A stretch of DNA of 64,000 nt from an uncultured bacterium (lineage in GTDB: Bacteria; Verrucomicrobiota; Lentisphaeria; Victivallales; UBA1829). The stretch's first letter is position 1, and each line of letters begins with the position of its first letter. A model generated the notes under the pieces. That model saw only the letters and a list, made by a program, of their open reading frames with translations. It had not been told where the DNA came from and did not search any database. The stretch spans positions 64,663-128,662 of the forward strand of contig CACZEK010000001.1 in NCBI GenBank assembly GCA_902780135.1. Direction: 5' to 3'. Position numbers and translations under genes: made by a program. Shown here one piece after another: positions 1-11,109 of this stretch.

Positions 1-4
1 CCTG

Positions 5-496
5 GTGGCGCGGGCGCTGGCGGACACCCCCGGCACCGATCTGGACGAGGCGTTCCGGCGCTACCGCCACGAATACGACACGCACCTCATCGACGAAACG
101 CGCCTGTACCCCGGCGTCCCGGAGGGACTGGAGGAGCTGGAGGCCGCCGGGTTCCGGCTCGCCGTCTTCACCAACAAGCCCTACAAGTCTACGCTCTTCA
201 TTCTGAAAGGACTCGGCATCGACCGCTTTTTCCCGGTCGTCGTCGGCGCGGATTCCGGATTCCCTCTGAAACCCGCTCCCGAAGCATTATATCATATACT
301 GGAAGCCGCGGGGACGGACGCCGCGTGCTCGTGGATGGTCGGGGACAACTGGACGGACATCGATTCCGGCAGAGCCGCCGGGTTCCGCACCGCGTACTGC
401 ACATGGGGATACGGCGCGCCGGACAAATATCAGCCGGATGCCGTCTGCGATTCGTTTGACGCCGTAAAAAGGACTATCATAGATGCAAATAAGTGA
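5..496 (+). CDS. HAD-superfamily hydrolase (phosphoglycolate phosphatase-like), 5' end outside window
   Basis: Motifs LAVFTNK, KPAP and WMVGDNWTDI (HAD motifs II-IV); the frame is open to the window edge. Confidence 0.85.
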   Translation: MARALADTPGTDLDEAFRRYRHEYDTHLIDETRLYPGVPEGLEELEAAGFRLAVFTNKPYKSTLFILKGLGIDRFFPVVVGADSGFPLKPAPEALYHILEAAGTDAACSWMVGDNWTDIDSGRAAGFRTAYCTWGYGAPDKYQPDAVCDSFDAVKRTIIDANK

Positions 497-664
497 AAAA
501 TATGGAAAAATCGACTTTTTTTTAAAAAAATTCACGTTAATTCCCATTTTCCTCTTGTCTTTTTTCGAAAGATGAGGTATAATAATAGGTGCAATCTCGC
601 AAACCATACAATTTTCATCTAACATAATCTTGTTTCACAACCAAACCGTAAAGGACACAACACC

Positions 665-1255
665 ATGAAACAGAAAGACAAAGGCTTCACCCTGATCGAG
701 CTCCTCGTCGTCATCGCGATCATCGCCATCCTCGCCGGCATGCTCCTCCCCGCCCTCAACCAGGCCAAGGAAAAAGCCAAACAGGCAGACTGCACCAGCA
801 AGCTTTCCCAGATCGGCAAGGCTTTCTTCCAGTATGCCATGAGCTATGATGACAGCTATCCGACCTCCGACTCCTCCGCCAACATGAAGAGCCCGAAGTG
901 GAAAGCCAAACAGAGCGGCGAATCCTTCGAACTTCTCCGCGCTCAGGACCTCCTGACCGACCCGAAGGGCTATCTCTGCCCCTCCAAGTCCGGCGTCACC
1001 CAGGCCAAGCCGAACGAGACCGTCAAGGGTCACGTCTCCTACAACTGGTGCGACGGCCTCATGGGCGGCGGCGCCACCCTCTCCCCGGTCTCCTGCGACG
1101 GCGTTGACAACCATGCTTCCACCGGCCGCTTCGTCCGCGGCGACGGTTCCGTCGGTGTCGCGAACGGCGTCTCCGGCAAGAAGTGGAACAACGATGCCTC
1201 CTTCGCCGAATTCTGCAACAAGAGCGCGAAGGTCTCCGATTCCATGTCCTTCTGA
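665..1255 (+). CDS. Prepilin-type N-terminal cleavage/methylation domain protein with H-X9-DG motif (PVC family)
   Basis: KG|[24 protein letters not shown] class III signal; C-terminal [12 protein letters not shown]; AAGGA Shine-Dalgarno upstream. Confidence 0.9.
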   Translation: MKQKDKGFTLIELLVVIAIIAILAGMLLPALNQAKEKAKQADCTSKLSQIGKAFFQYAMSYDDSYPTSDSSANMKSPKWKAKQSGESFELLRAQDLLTDPKGYLCPSKSGVTQAKPNETVKGHVSYNWCDGLMGGGATLSPVSCDGVDNHASTGRFVRGDGSVGVANGVSGKKWNNDASFAEFCNKSAKVSDSMSF

Positions 1256-1314
1256 TCGGCTCTGCTGATTCTGAATTCAGGCGGTGTTCCCACCGCATGA
1301 AATGAAATTCCTGT

Positions 1315-1352
1315 GGAAGACGGCGGTTTCCCCCGCTGTCTTCCATTTTTTT
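1315..1352 (+). terminator. Intrinsic terminator after pilin-like gene
   Basis: GGAAGACGGCGG / CCGCTGTCTTCC stem (one G-T pair) followed by a T-run. Confidence 0.75.
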
Positions 1353-1384
1353 CTCCGTCTCCGTCCTCGAAAAGGGGTTGATTC

Positions 1385-2221
1385 ATGCACATAGGCTGTC
1401 ATTTGTCCGTGGCGGACGGCTACCGCCGGCTCTGCGCGGACGCGCTCCATATCGGAGCCGACACGTTCCAGTTTTTCACGCGCAATCCGCGCGGCGGCTC
1501 GGGCCGCGTGCCGTCGGACGATGAACTCGCCGAACTCGGCGCATTCCTCCGCGAACACAGCTTCGCTCCGGCGGTCGCGCACGCCCCGTACACACTGAAC
1601 CCGTGCGCGGCGGCCGAGAACACTCTGCGGTTCGCGCGGGAGGTCATGCGCAGCGATCTGGAGCTGCTGGACCGGTTTCCCGTGGAGCGCATCTACTACA
1701 ATTTCCACCCCGGCAGCCATGTGGGACAGGGGATCGAACGCGGCATCGAGCTGATCGCGGAGACGCTCGACCTGGTCATGGACCGGGAATTGAAGCCGGT
1801 GGTCCTGCTGGAAACGATGTCCGGCAAGGGGTCCGAAGTCGGCTCGCGGTTCGAGGAACTGGCGGAGATCATCAGCCGTTCCAAGTACGGCGACCTGCTG
1901 GGCGTGTGCCTGGACACCTGCCACGTCTTCTGCGCCGGGTACGACATCGTGAACAAGCCGGAAGCCGTGCTGGAGGAGTTCGACCGCGTCGTCGGCCTCA
2001 GTCGTCTGAAGGCGATCCACCTGAACGACTCCATGATGCCGTTCGCATCGCACAAGGACCGTCACGCGAAGCTCGACGAGGGCGAGATCGGATTCGAGGC
2101 GCTCGCGCGGTTCGTCTCGCTGGAACCGATACGCGATCTCCCGCTCGAACTCGAAACGCCGAACGAGCTGGACGGCTACGCCGCGGAGATCACCCGGATG
2201 CGCGCCGCCGAATCCCGCTGA
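1385..2221 (+). CDS. nfo: Endonuclease IV (AP endonuclease)
   Basis: HAPY, FHPGS, LLETMSG, CLDTCH, HLNDS, KDRH and LETP metal-binding motifs. Confidence 0.95.
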   Translation: MHIGCHLSVADGYRRLCADALHIGADTFQFFTRNPRGGSGRVPSDDELAELGAFLREHSFAPAVAHAPYTLNPCAAAENTLRFAREVMRSDLELLDRFPVERIYYNFHPGSHVGQGIERGIELIAETLDLVMDRELKPVVLLETMSGKGSEVGSRFEELAEIISRSKYGDLLGVCLDTCHVFCAGYDIVNKPEAVLEEFDRVVGLSRLKAIHLNDSMMPFASHKDRHAKLDEGEIGFEALARFVSLEPIRDLPLELETPNELDGYAAEITRMRAAESR

Positions 2222-2426
2222 CAGCCCGCGTCGAAAGCGGGCGACCGCGGAAGAACTGTCTGAAGCCCGGAAATCCCCCTGCTGTCAGTAAAAACCAAGT
2301 TTTTAAGGAATTGGTTCCGGAAAAACTATAGTTTTTTGGGAATCCATTCCCCAAAAGACACCGGTTTCCCCCATTCTGTTGCCGGCCCTTTTTTCGCGTT
2401 TCTACGCGCGGGGGCGCGACGCGGGC

Positions 2427-2455
2427 TTGAAAAAAGGGGCGGGAAGCGTTATATT
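2427..2455 (+). promoter_or_regulatory. Sigma70-type promoter of pfp
   Basis: TTGAAA-N17-TATATT. Confidence 0.65.
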
Positions 2456-2512
2456 ATTTAGATTAGTCCGATTCCAAACCATAACCATTATCCGCAACAG
2501 GAGATTGCAACC

Positions 2513-4168
2513 ATGTCCAAGATGATTTCCCCGCTCCAGCAGGTCCGCAGCGAATACGCCCCGAAACTGCCCCCCGCGCTTCGTTCCGGCGCGTCCGTGA
2601 AGGTCGAAAAAGGCGCCCCGCTGGCCGCGTTCGCCGACGCTGAAAAGATCGCCGCCCTCTTCCCGTCCACCAGCAACATGCCCGACCTGAAGTTCAGCGC
2701 GGGCGGCGCGGCGGAAGGCAAGCCCGTGAACGTGGCGGTCATCCTGTCCGGCGGCCAGGCCCCCGGCGGCCACAACGTCATCGCCGGCATCTACGACGGC
2801 ATCAAGTCGCTGAACAAGGCTTCGCGCATGTTCGGCTTCAAGGGCGGCCCGAGCGGGCTCGTGGACAACGACTACGTCGAGATCACCGACGAGTTCATGG
2901 ACGCCTACCGCAACACCGGCGGGTTCGACATGATCGGCTCCGGCCGCACCAAGCTCGAACAGGTCGAACAGTTCGACAAGGGCGCGGTGAACTGCAAGGC
3001 GCTCGGCATCTCCGCCCTCGTGATCATCGGCGGCGACGACTCCAACACGAACGCCTGCCTGCTCGCCGAATACTACAAGGCGAAAAACATCCCGATCCAG
3101 GTCATCGGCTGCCCGAAGACCATCGACGGCGACCTGAAGAACAAGTTCATCGAGACGTCCTTCGGCTTCGACACCGCCAGCAAGGTCTACAGCGAGCTCA
3201 TCGGCAACATCTCCCGCGACGCCAACTCCGCCAAGAAATACTGGCATTTCATCAAGCTCATGGGCCGTTCCGCCTCCCACATCACGCTCGAATGCGCCCT
3301 GAAGACCCACGTGAACGCCGCGATCATCTCCGAGGAAGTCGCCGCGAAGAAGCAGACGCTCTCCGGCATCGTCGACGACCTCGCGAAGATCGTCGCGAAG
3401 CGCGCGGAAAACAAGGAGAACTTCGGCGTCGTGCTGGTGCCGGAAGGGCTCATCGAGTTCATCCCCGAGATGAAGGTCCTGATCGGCGAACTCAACGACG
3501 TGCTCGCCGCGAACGCCGACGAATTCAACGCCATCGCGAAGCCCGAAGACAAGATCGCGTACATCTCCGGCAAGCTCTCCGCCGCCAGCGCGTCCGTCTA
3601 CGCCCAGCTCCCGACCGCCATCCAGCTCCAGCTCTCCATGGACCGCGACCCGCACGGCAACGTCCAGGTGTCCCTCATCGAGACCGAAAAGCTCCTCGCG
3701 CAGCTCGTGAAGCAGCGCCTCGCCGCCATGAAGAAAGAAGGCAAGTACGTCGGCAAGTTCTCCAGCCAGACCCACTTCTTCGGCTACGAAGGCCGCTGCG
3801 CCGCTCCGTCCAACTTCGACGCCGACTACTGCTACAGCCTCGGCTTCAACGCCGCCGCCATCATCGGCTCCGGCGCGACCGCCTACATGTCCTACGTCGG
3901 CAACCTCGCGAAATCCGCCGACGAGTGGACCGCGGGCGCTGTGCCGCTGACCGCCATGATGAACGTCGAACACCGCCACGGCGCGGACAAGCCGGTCATC
4001 AAGAAGGCGCTTGTCGAGCTCGACGACGCCCCGTTCAAGTTCTTCGCCGCCAACCGCGACGACTGGGCGGTCAACACCTCGTTCGTCTATCCCGGCCCGA
4101 TCCAGTATTTCGGCCCGTCCGTCGTCTGCGACGCCAAGACCGAAACGATCAAGCTCGAGCACCAGTAA
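2513..4168 (+). CDS. pfp: PPi-dependent phosphofructokinase (long clade)
   Basis: [17 protein letters not shown] (Asp typical of PPi specificity), PKTIDGD, MGRSASH and FFGYEGR. Confidence 0.95.
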   Translation: MSKMISPLQQVRSEYAPKLPPALRSGASVKVEKGAPLAAFADAEKIAALFPSTSNMPDLKFSAGGAAEGKPVNVAVILSGGQAPGGHNVIAGIYDGIKSLNKASRMFGFKGGPSGLVDNDYVEITDEFMDAYRNTGGFDMIGSGRTKLEQVEQFDKGAVNCKALGISALVIIGGDDSNTNACLLAEYYKAKNIPIQVIGCPKTIDGDLKNKFIETSFGFDTASKVYSELIGNISRDANSAKKYWHFIKLMGRSASHITLECALKTHVNAAIISEEVAAKKQTLSGIVDDLAKIVAKRAENKENFGVVLVPEGLIEFIPEMKVLIGELNDVLAANADEFNAIAKPEDKIAYISGKLSAASASVYAQLPTAIQLQLSMDRDPHGNVQVSLIETEKLLAQLVKQRLAAMKKEGKYVGKFSSQTHFFGYEGRCAAPSNFDADYCYSLGFNAAAIIGSGATAYMSYVGNLAKSADEWTAGAVPLTAMMNVEHRHGADKPVIKKALVELDDAPFKFFAANRDDWAVNTSFVYPGPIQYFGPSVVCDAKTETIKLEHQ

Positions 4169-4198
4169 TTCAACACGGGGACAGGAAAGGCTTCCGCC

Positions 4199-4510
4199 AT
4201 GGCCGAACAGGGTAACAAAATCGATGTGGCACAGGTCGCCTCGCTGGCGCGCCTGAGCCTGCCTCAGGACATGATCCCGCGTCTGCAGTCCGAAATGGAG
4301 CAGATCGTCGGCTATGTCGAAATGCTCGCCGAACTCGACGTCTCCGGCATCGAGCCGACCGCCCACGCCGTCGCCCGCACCAACGTGCTCCGCGACGACG
4401 TGCCCTCCGATCCCTTCCCGCGCGAGGCGATGCTCGCCAACGCGCCCGACCTGATCGAAGGCGAACTCGTGAAGGTCCCGCAGGTCCTTCCCGGGGAGGG
4501 CATCGCATGA
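4199..4510 (+). CDS. gatC: Asp/Glu-tRNA amidotransferase subunit C
   Basis: VASLARL...LAELDVSGIEPTAH...LRDD; ATGA overlap with gatA. Confidence 0.92.
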   Translation: MAEQGNKIDVAQVASLARLSLPQDMIPRLQSEMEQIVGYVEMLAELDVSGIEPTAHAVARTNVLRDDVPSDPFPREAMLANAPDLIEGELVKVPQVLPGEGIA

Positions 4511-6000
4511 TGACGAACGCCGAGCTCATCTCCCTGTCCCTCCGCGATGCCGCCGCCGCGCTCCGCGACGGCCGCGTCACCTCCGTCGCGCTCTGCTCCG
4601 CCTTCCTCGAACGCATTCAGGCGGTCGAGCCGAAGGTGCGCGCGCTCCTCGCCGTGAACCCGGAATCCGTGCTGGCGCAGGCCGCCGCTTCCGACGCACG
4701 CCGCGCCGCCGGCGCTCCGCTGGGCGACTTCGACGGCATCCCGATCACGCTGAAGGACAACATCTGCACGAAGGACGAGCAGTGCTCCTGCGCCTCGAAG
4801 ATCCTGAAGGGCTTCGTCTCCCCGTACGATTCCTTCGTGACCGGCAAGCTGAAAGCCGCCGGCTGCGTCCTGCTCGGGCGCGCCAACATGGACGAGTTCG
4901 CCATGGGCTCCTCCTGCGAGAACAGCGCGTACCAGCGCACCGCGAACCCGTGGAATCTAGACTGCGTGCCGGGCGGCTCCTCGGGCGGGTCCGCGGCCTC
5001 GGTCGCCGCGCTTGAGACGGTCGCCGCGCTCGGTTCCGACACCGGCGGCTCCATCCGCCAGCCCGCGGCGTTCTGCGGCGTGGTCGGCCTGAAACCGACC
5101 TACGGACGCGTCTCCCGCAACGGCCTGGTGGCGTTCGCCTCCTCGCTGGACCAGATCGGCCCGCTGTCCCGCACCGTGTGGGACGCCGCCGCGATCCTCG
5201 ACCTGATCGCCGGACACGACGAGAAGGATTCCACGAGCCTGCCGCAGCAGCCGGAAGGATTCGCCGCCGACCTGGAGGCGTTCGAAGCGAACCCGCGCCT
5301 CGACGGCGTGAAGATCGGGCTCCCGAAGGAATACTACGAGCTGGAGGGCATGGACCCCGCCGTTAAGGCGGTCATGAACGACTCCATCGAGGTGTTCCGT
5401 TCCCTCGGCGCGAGCTTCGTCGACGTCTCGCTGCCGCACACGAAATACGCCATGGCGTGCTACTACATCATCGCCACGGCCGAGGCGAGCGCGAACCTGG
5501 CGCGGTTCGACGGCATCCGCTACGGCTACCGCAGCCCGAACGCGACCGACATCAATTCGACCTACGAGAAGTCGCGCGGCGAGGGATTCGGCAACGAAGT
5601 GCTCCGCCGCATCATGCTCGGCACCTACGTGCTCAGCAGCGGCTACTACGACGCCTACTACCTGCGCGCGCAGAAGGTCCGCACGCTGCTCCGACGCGAC
5701 TTCCAGGAAGCCTACAAGCTCTGCGACTTCCTGCTGACCCCGGTCACGCCCGCGCCCGCGTTCAAGTTCGGCGCGAAGACCGACCCGCTGCAGATGTACC
5801 TCTCCGACGTCTTCACGACCGCGCTGAACCTCTCCGGAGACTGCGGCATCAGCGTGCCCGCCGCGCTCGACGCCGGCACCGGGCTGCCCGTCGGCATCCA
5901 GCTCATCGCCCCCGCCATGGAGGAGAAACGCATCTTCCGCGCGGGCCGCGCGTTCGAGCTGGCGCGAGCTCAGAAAGATTTTACCGCCCCTCTGGCGTGA
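4507..6000 (+). CDS. gatA: Asp/Glu-tRNA amidotransferase subunit A
   Basis: KDNI, NMDEFAMGSS, PGGSSGGSA, GSDTGGSIRQPA amidase signature; RRIMLGTYVLSSGYYDAYY. Confidence 0.97.
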   Translation: MMTNAELISLSLRDAAAALRDGRVTSVALCSAFLERIQAVEPKVRALLAVNPESVLAQAAASDARRAAGAPLGDFDGIPITLKDNICTKDEQCSCASKILKGFVSPYDSFVTGKLKAAGCVLLGRANMDEFAMGSSCENSAYQRTANPWNLDCVPGGSSGGSAASVAALETVAALGSDTGGSIRQPAAFCGVVGLKPTYGRVSRNGLVAFASSLDQIGPLSRTVWDAAAILDLIAGHDEKDSTSLPQQPEGFAADLEAFEANPRLDGVKIGLPKEYYELEGMDPAVKAVMNDSIEVFRSLGASFVDVSLPHTKYAMACYYIIATAEASANLARFDGIRYGYRSPNATDINSTYEKSRGEGFGNEVLRRIMLGTYVLSSGYYDAYYLRAQKVRTLLRRDFQEAYKLCDFLLTPVTPAPAFKFGAKTDPLQMYLSDVFTTALNLSGDCGISVPAALDAGTGLPVGIQLIAPAMEEKRIFRAGRAFELARAQKDFTAPLA

Positions 6001-6083
6001 GCCGGACGGGCTTCCGATGCGGGGCGGCTGAACCGCCGGCCGCCTCAGCGACTTTGTTTTGAACAGGAAGGAGGCGTGCGGAC

Positions 6084-7475
6084 ATGAATACCGAATCTGC
6101 CGGACTTCCGGCGGCGTGCCGCGCCGCGGAAGCGTCGTTCCATGCGTTTTTCACGGGGGAATCCCCCGCGCCCGGATCGTTTGCGGGCCGCCTCGGCGCC
6201 GCGCTCTCCGCGATCGCGCTTGACCTGGACGGAGCCGCATCGGCGAACCTCTTCGCGCCCCCGGACGGCGCGTCCGATCCCGTCGACGCGCTGAACCTGC
6301 TCGCCGCCGCCTGCACCGGATTCACGTTCAGCCGCCTGCTGGACAAGATGCTGTTCGACCGCCTCGCCGCGCTGGCTCCGCACGGAGCGACGCCCGCCGC
6401 CTACGAATCCGATTCCGACGCCGCGTTTTTCTACCGTCACGCCGTGCGCCTGGCGGAACTCCTGAAGGACCTGGTCCCGGCGTACTGCGCCCTGCTCGCG
6501 GACCGTTCCGGCGAAGCGCCCGAAGGCGCGGTCTCCCGGCTCCGCCCCTCCGCGCTCAAGCTCGAATCGGCGCAGAGCGTGTTCCTGCGGATGAAGCCCG
6601 GCGCGGTCGCGCTGGAAGTCGCGCGGATGTCCTCGGACGACCCCTTCGCGCACGGCCGCGTCTTCCGGCATCAGGACGGCGCGTTCGTGCCGCTCACGCT
6701 TCCCTCGATCCGCTCCGCGGACGAATTCTACGGCTATGCGTCCGTGCGCCGGATGTTCCAAGAGCATTTCCGGGCGTTTTCCGAGGGGCGGAACAACCTG
6801 CCGCTGCTCATTTCGAGCCTGCCGGGCCTCGGCAAGACGCAGATGAGCATCGCATACAGCCTGTCGTTCCCGAACATCACGCTCATCATCCCGCAGCCGG
6901 AGGACCTGACCGCCGGGCTGGAGCCGCTGATCGCCGAACTCGCGCCCTGGACCGGGCACAAGTTCATGCTGTTCTTCGACGACATCGACGCGGCGAAGAC
7001 CGACTGGTACTATTTCCGCACGAACATCGGCGGCACGTTCTCCCTGCCGGAGAACATCACGGTCACGATCGCCTCGAACCAGCGGTTCCCGGCGAACATC
7101 TCCAGCCGCGGCCGCGGGTGCGAGTTCCCGATGTTCGACGAGATCCGGTGCCAGGAAATGATCCTGGACTTCCTCTCCGCGAAGGGCATGAAAGCCCCCT
7201 CGAAGAACCTCGTCGCCGTGATCGCGTCCGATTACGTGAGCGAGTTCGGGCAGAAGCAGTTCGAGGAGCTGTCGCCGCGCACCCTCGTGCGCTACCTCGA
7301 CCACTACCTCTCCGACCCCGCCAAGCGCAAGACGCTGATGGACGAGTCGAACAGCGAGGTGGTGCAGCAGCCCGATCCGCAGGTCTTCTACGAGGAGAAC
7401 GTGAAGCTCATGCGCTCCATCCACGGCGAGGACGCCCTGAACGAATTCCGCGAGGACGCCGTCCATGCCAAGTGA
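6084..7475 (+). CDS. P-loop ATPase, DUF815-like C-terminal domain, uncharacterised N-terminus
   Basis: SLPGLGKT Walker A variant, FMLFFDD Walker B, IASN; SPRT near the C-terminus. Confidence 0.6.
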   Translation: MNTESAGLPAACRAAEASFHAFFTGESPAPGSFAGRLGAALSAIALDLDGAASANLFAPPDGASDPVDALNLLAAACTGFTFSRLLDKMLFDRLAALAPHGATPAAYESDSDAAFFYRHAVRLAELLKDLVPAYCALLADRSGEAPEGAVSRLRPSALKLESAQSVFLRMKPGAVALEVARMSSDDPFAHGRVFRHQDGAFVPLTLPSIRSADEFYGYASVRRMFQEHFRAFSEGRNNLPLLISSLPGLGKTQMSIAYSLSFPNITLIIPQPEDLTAGLEPLIAELAPWTGHKFMLFFDDIDAAKTDWYYFRTNIGGTFSLPENITVTIASNQRFPANISSRGRGCEFPMFDEIRCQEMILDFLSAKGMKAPSKNLVAVIASDYVSEFGQKQFEELSPRTLVRYLDHYLSDPAKRKTLMDESNSEVVQQPDPQVFYEENVKLMRSIHGEDALNEFREDAVHAK

Positions 7476-8064
7476 CGACTCCGGCATCCTGTTTCCCGCC
7501 GCGCCCGGTTCGGACAGTTTTGTGTCCGGCTCCGGCGACGCCCTGTTCGACGGTCCGTTCGACGGCGCGGACGACGGCGAGCCGAAGCCCCTGCTCGGGG
7601 ACGATTACTACATGCGCGCCGCGCTCAAATGCGCGCAGCAGGCCGCCGACGCGGGCGAGGTCCCGGTCGGGGCCGTGGCGGTGAAGGACGGCCTTATCAT
7701 CGCGCGTTCGTGGAACCAGGTGGAGCTCCTGAAGGACGCGACCGCCCACGCCGAACTTATGCTGATCGCGTCGCTGCCGCAGGTCGTCGGCGACTGGCGT
7801 CTGGACGGCATCGACATCTACGTGACCAAGGAGCCGTGCGCCATGTGCGCCGGTGCCATGGTGAACTCGCGCATCCGGCGCGTGGTCTTCGGCATGCGCG
7901 ACCCGCGCTGCGGCGCGGCGGGGACCGCCCTGAACGTGACCGGATTCCCCGGCATGCTCCACAACGTCGAAGTGACCGCCGGGCTGATGGAGGAGGAATG
8001 CAGGGAGATGTTCCAGGCATTTTTCCGCACGGTCCGCGCAAACGCCAGGAAAAAGAAGTCCTGA
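7465..8064 (+). CDS. tadA: tRNA adenosine(34) deaminase
   Basis: GEVPVGAV, TAHAE, TKEPCAMC zinc motif; acidic N-terminal extension. Confidence 0.92.
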   Translation: MPSDDSGILFPAAPGSDSFVSGSGDALFDGPFDGADDGEPKPLLGDDYYMRAALKCAQQAADAGEVPVGAVAVKDGLIIARSWNQVELLKDATAHAELMLIASLPQVVGDWRLDGIDIYVTKEPCAMCAGAMVNSRIRRVVFGMRDPRCGAAGTALNVTGFPGMLHNVEVTAGLMEEECREMFQAFFRTVRANARKKKS

Positions 8065-8078
8065 TTTACGCTACTCGC

Positions 8079-8107
8079 TTGAAAAATCGGCTTTTCGGCG
8101 GTATATT
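8079..8107 (+). promoter_or_regulatory. Sigma70-type promoter of purL
   Basis: TTGAAA-N17-TATATT. Confidence 0.65.
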
Positions 8108-8154
8108 TTTCCTTGCTTTAATTTTTAAATAACCCCTCAAGCAAGGATAAGCTC

Positions 8155-11097
8155 ATGGACTATCGCATTGAAATGTCGGTGAAGCCGCAGTGGCAGGACG
8201 CCCGCGGCCAGGGCGTCGTCCGACGCCTCTCCGCCCTCCCCGGTCTGCCGCCCGTCCGCGGCATCCGCACCCGTTCCGTCTACACCGTCTCCGCGAACAT
8301 CACGCCGGAGGAAGCCGCGAAGGTCGCGCATGAACTCGCCGACCCGGTCACCCGCAGCGGCATCGTGGGCGAGACGCCGTCCGCCGGCCTGGACTACACC
8401 TGGCTGATCCGCGTCGGCTTCAAGCCGGGCGTCACGGACAACGTGGCGCGCACGGCGTGGGAAGCCATCGGCGACATCATCGGACGCAAGCTCTCCCGCG
8501 AGGAGCAGGTCTTCAGCTCGATCGAATATCTGGTCGACTCCCCCGAAATGACCCGCGAACAGGCGCAGCGCATCGCCACCGGCCTGCTCGCGAACGTCCT
8601 GATCGAATCGGTCGACGTCTTCTCCCGCGACGAACTCGCGAACAGCTCCATCCCGCTGAACAAGCCCGTCATCAAGGGGCTCGGCGAGGTCATCGTGCGC
8701 GACTACGACCTGGAAGTCTCCGACGAAAAGCTCATGGAGCTGTCCCACAAGGGCACGCTCGCCCTCAGCCTCGAGGAAATGAAGTCCATCCAGGGCTACT
8801 TCCGCAAGCTCGGGCGCAAGCCGACCGACGTGGAAATGGAAGTCCTCGCCCAGACCTGGAGCGAACACTGCAAGCACAAGATCTTCGCCGCCGACATCGA
8901 CTACACCACCCCGGACGGCAAGACCGTCACGATCTCCTCGCTCTACAAGAGCTACATCAAGAAGAGCACGAAGGAGCTTCAGGCGGAAGTGCCGTGGCTC
9001 GTCTCCGTCTTCACCGACAACGCCGGCGTGATCCGCTTCAACGACCGTTTCGACCTCGTCTACAAGGCGGAGACCCACAACAGCCCGTCCGCGCTCGATC
9101 CCTACGGCGGAGCCATGACCGGCATCGTGGGCGTGAACCGCGACCCGCTCGGGACCGGACAGGGCGCCGACCTCCTCCTGAACGTCTGGGGCTACTGCCT
9201 CGGCTCGCCGTTCACCGACCCGATCAACGTCCCCGAAGGGCTCCTGCATCCGCGCCGCCTCCGCGACGGCGTCCACAAGGGCGTCATCGACGGCGGCAAC
9301 CAGAGCGGCATCCCGTACGCCGTCGGCTGGGAATACTTCGACGACCGCTACATCGGCAAGCCGCTCGTCTACTGCGGCACGGTCGGCACGCTCCCGCGCA
9401 AGGTCGGCGACCGCAACGGCTGGGAGAAGTTCATCGAATCCGGCGACTACATCGTGATGACCGGCGGCCGCATCGGCAAGGACGGCATCCACGGCGCCAC
9501 GTTCTCCAGCGAAGAGCTGCACAAGGACAGCCCCGTGCAGGCGGTCCAGATCGGCGACCCGATCACCCAGAAGCGCATGAGCGACTTCATCCACGAGGCG
9601 CGCGAACGCCTCCTCTACCGGTTCGTCACCGACAACGGCGCGGGCGGCCTCTCCTCCAGCGTCGGCGAAATGGCGGACGTCTGCGGCGGCTGCGACATGG
9701 ACCTCGCCAAAGCCCCGCTCAAATACTCCGGCCTCCAGCCGTGGGAGATCCTCGTCTCCGAGGCGCAGGAACGCATGAGCTTCGCCGTCGCGCCGGAACG
9801 CCTCGACGAATTCCTCGCGCTCGCCGCGGCACGCGACGTGGAAGCCACCGTGCTCGGCCGTTTCAACCACTCCGGCAAGTTCCACATCACCTACGGCGAC
9901 CGCGTGGTCGCCGACATCGACATCAAGTTCATGCACGAGGGCCTGCCGAAACTCCACCTGAAAGCCGAGTGGAAGCCCCCGGTCTTCGACGAGCCGGTCA
10001 TCTCCGGCCGCGACCTCTCCGCCGACCTCGTGAAGCTCATCGGCAGCCTGAACATCTGCTCCGACGAATACAAGGCGCGCCAGTACGACCACGAGGTGAA
10101 GGGCCTCAGCATCATCAAGCCGTTCACCGGCGTATCCCGCGACGTCGCCTCCGACGCCACCGTCACGCTCGCCGAGCCCCTCGCGAAGGAAGGCATCGTG
10201 CTCTCCGCCGGCATCCTGCCGCGCTACAGCGACATCGACACCTACCACATGATGGCGTCCATCATCGACCTCGCCGTGCGGCGTTCCGTCGCCGCGGGCG
10301 CGGATCCCGACCACATCGCCGGCCTCGACAACTTCTGCTGGCCCGACCCCGTGCAGAGCGAGAAGACCCCGGACGGCGAATACAAGCTCGCGCAGCTCGT
10401 CCGCGCGAACATGGCGCTCTACGACTGCACCAAGGCGTTCAAGGTGCCCTGCATCTCCGGCAAGGACAGCATGAAGAACGACAGCACGCGCGGCGGCCGC
10501 AAGATCTCCATCCCGCCCACCGTCCTCTTCAGCACCATCGCGCGCATCGACGACGTGTCGCACGCGGTGTCCCTGGACGCCAAGTTCGCGGGCGACGCCG
10601 TGTACGTGCTCGGCGAGACCAAGCCCGAGCTCGGCGGCAGCGAATACTACGCCATGCTCGACGCCGTCGGCAACAACGTCCCGAAGGTCGACATCCCGAA
10701 GGCGTCCGCGCTCTACCACGCGCTCGCCGAAGTCATCAAGGCGGACATCCCGTCCTCCATCATTTCCCCCGCGCTCGGCGGCCTCGCCATCGCCGCCGCC
10801 AAGTCCGCCATCGGCGGCCGCCTCGGCATGACCATCGACCTCGACAAGCTCCCCGGCATCGAAAACCTGAACGACGCCGAGGCGCTTTTCTCCGAGTCGA
10901 ACTCCCGTTTCATCCTCACCTGCCGCCCCGAACGCGCCGCCGAGCTGGAAAAGATGCTCGCCGGAAACGTGTTCGCCCGCGTCGGCGCGACCACGGAGAA
11001 ACAGGAGCTGGTGTTCACGCGCGGCGGAAAGACCGTCGCGTCCGCCACGCTCGCCGACCTCATCACCGCATACAAATCCACGCTCGAAGGCATCTGA
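8155..11097 (+). CDS. purL: Phosphoribosylformylglycinamidine synthase synthetase subunit (PurS-like N-terminus; no glutaminase domain)
   Basis: QTWSEHCKHK, KAETHNSPS, GIHGATFSS, DNGAGGLSS, SEAQERM, ISGKDSM. Confidence 0.95.
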   Translation: MDYRIEMSVKPQWQDARGQGVVRRLSALPGLPPVRGIRTRSVYTVSANITPEEAAKVAHELADPVTRSGIVGETPSAGLDYTWLIRVGFKPGVTDNVARTAWEAIGDIIGRKLSREEQVFSSIEYLVDSPEMTREQAQRIATGLLANVLIESVDVFSRDELANSSIPLNKPVIKGLGEVIVRDYDLEVSDEKLMELSHKGTLALSLEEMKSIQGYFRKLGRKPTDVEMEVLAQTWSEHCKHKIFAADIDYTTPDGKTVTISSLYKSYIKKSTKELQAEVPWLVSVFTDNAGVIRFNDRFDLVYKAETHNSPSALDPYGGAMTGIVGVNRDPLGTGQGADLLLNVWGYCLGSPFTDPINVPEGLLHPRRLRDGVHKGVIDGGNQSGIPYAVGWEYFDDRYIGKPLVYCGTVGTLPRKVGDRNGWEKFIESGDYIVMTGGRIGKDGIHGATFSSEELHKDSPVQAVQIGDPITQKRMSDFIHEARERLLYRFVTDNGAGGLSSSVGEMADVCGGCDMDLAKAPLKYSGLQPWEILVSEAQERMSFAVAPERLDEFLALAAARDVEATVLGRFNHSGKFHITYGDRVVADIDIKFMHEGLPKLHLKAEWKPPVFDEPVISGRDLSADLVKLIGSLNICSDEYKARQYDHEVKGLSIIKPFTGVSRDVASDATVTLAEPLAKEGIVLSAGILPRYSDIDTYHMMASIIDLAVRRSVAAGADPDHIAGLDNFCWPDPVQSEKTPDGEYKLAQLVRANMALYDCTKAFKVPCISGKDSMKNDSTRGGRKISIPPTVLFSTIARIDDVSHAVSLDAKFAGDAVYVLGETKPELGGSEYYAMLDAVGNNVPKVDIPKASALYHALAEVIKADIPSSIISPALGGLAIAAAKSAIGGRLGMTIDLDKLPGIENLNDAEALFSESNSRFILTCRPERAAELEKMLAGNVFARVGATTEKQELVFTRGGKTVASATLADLITAYKSTLEGI

Positions 11098-11109
11098 GGA
11101 GGTTTCCGC

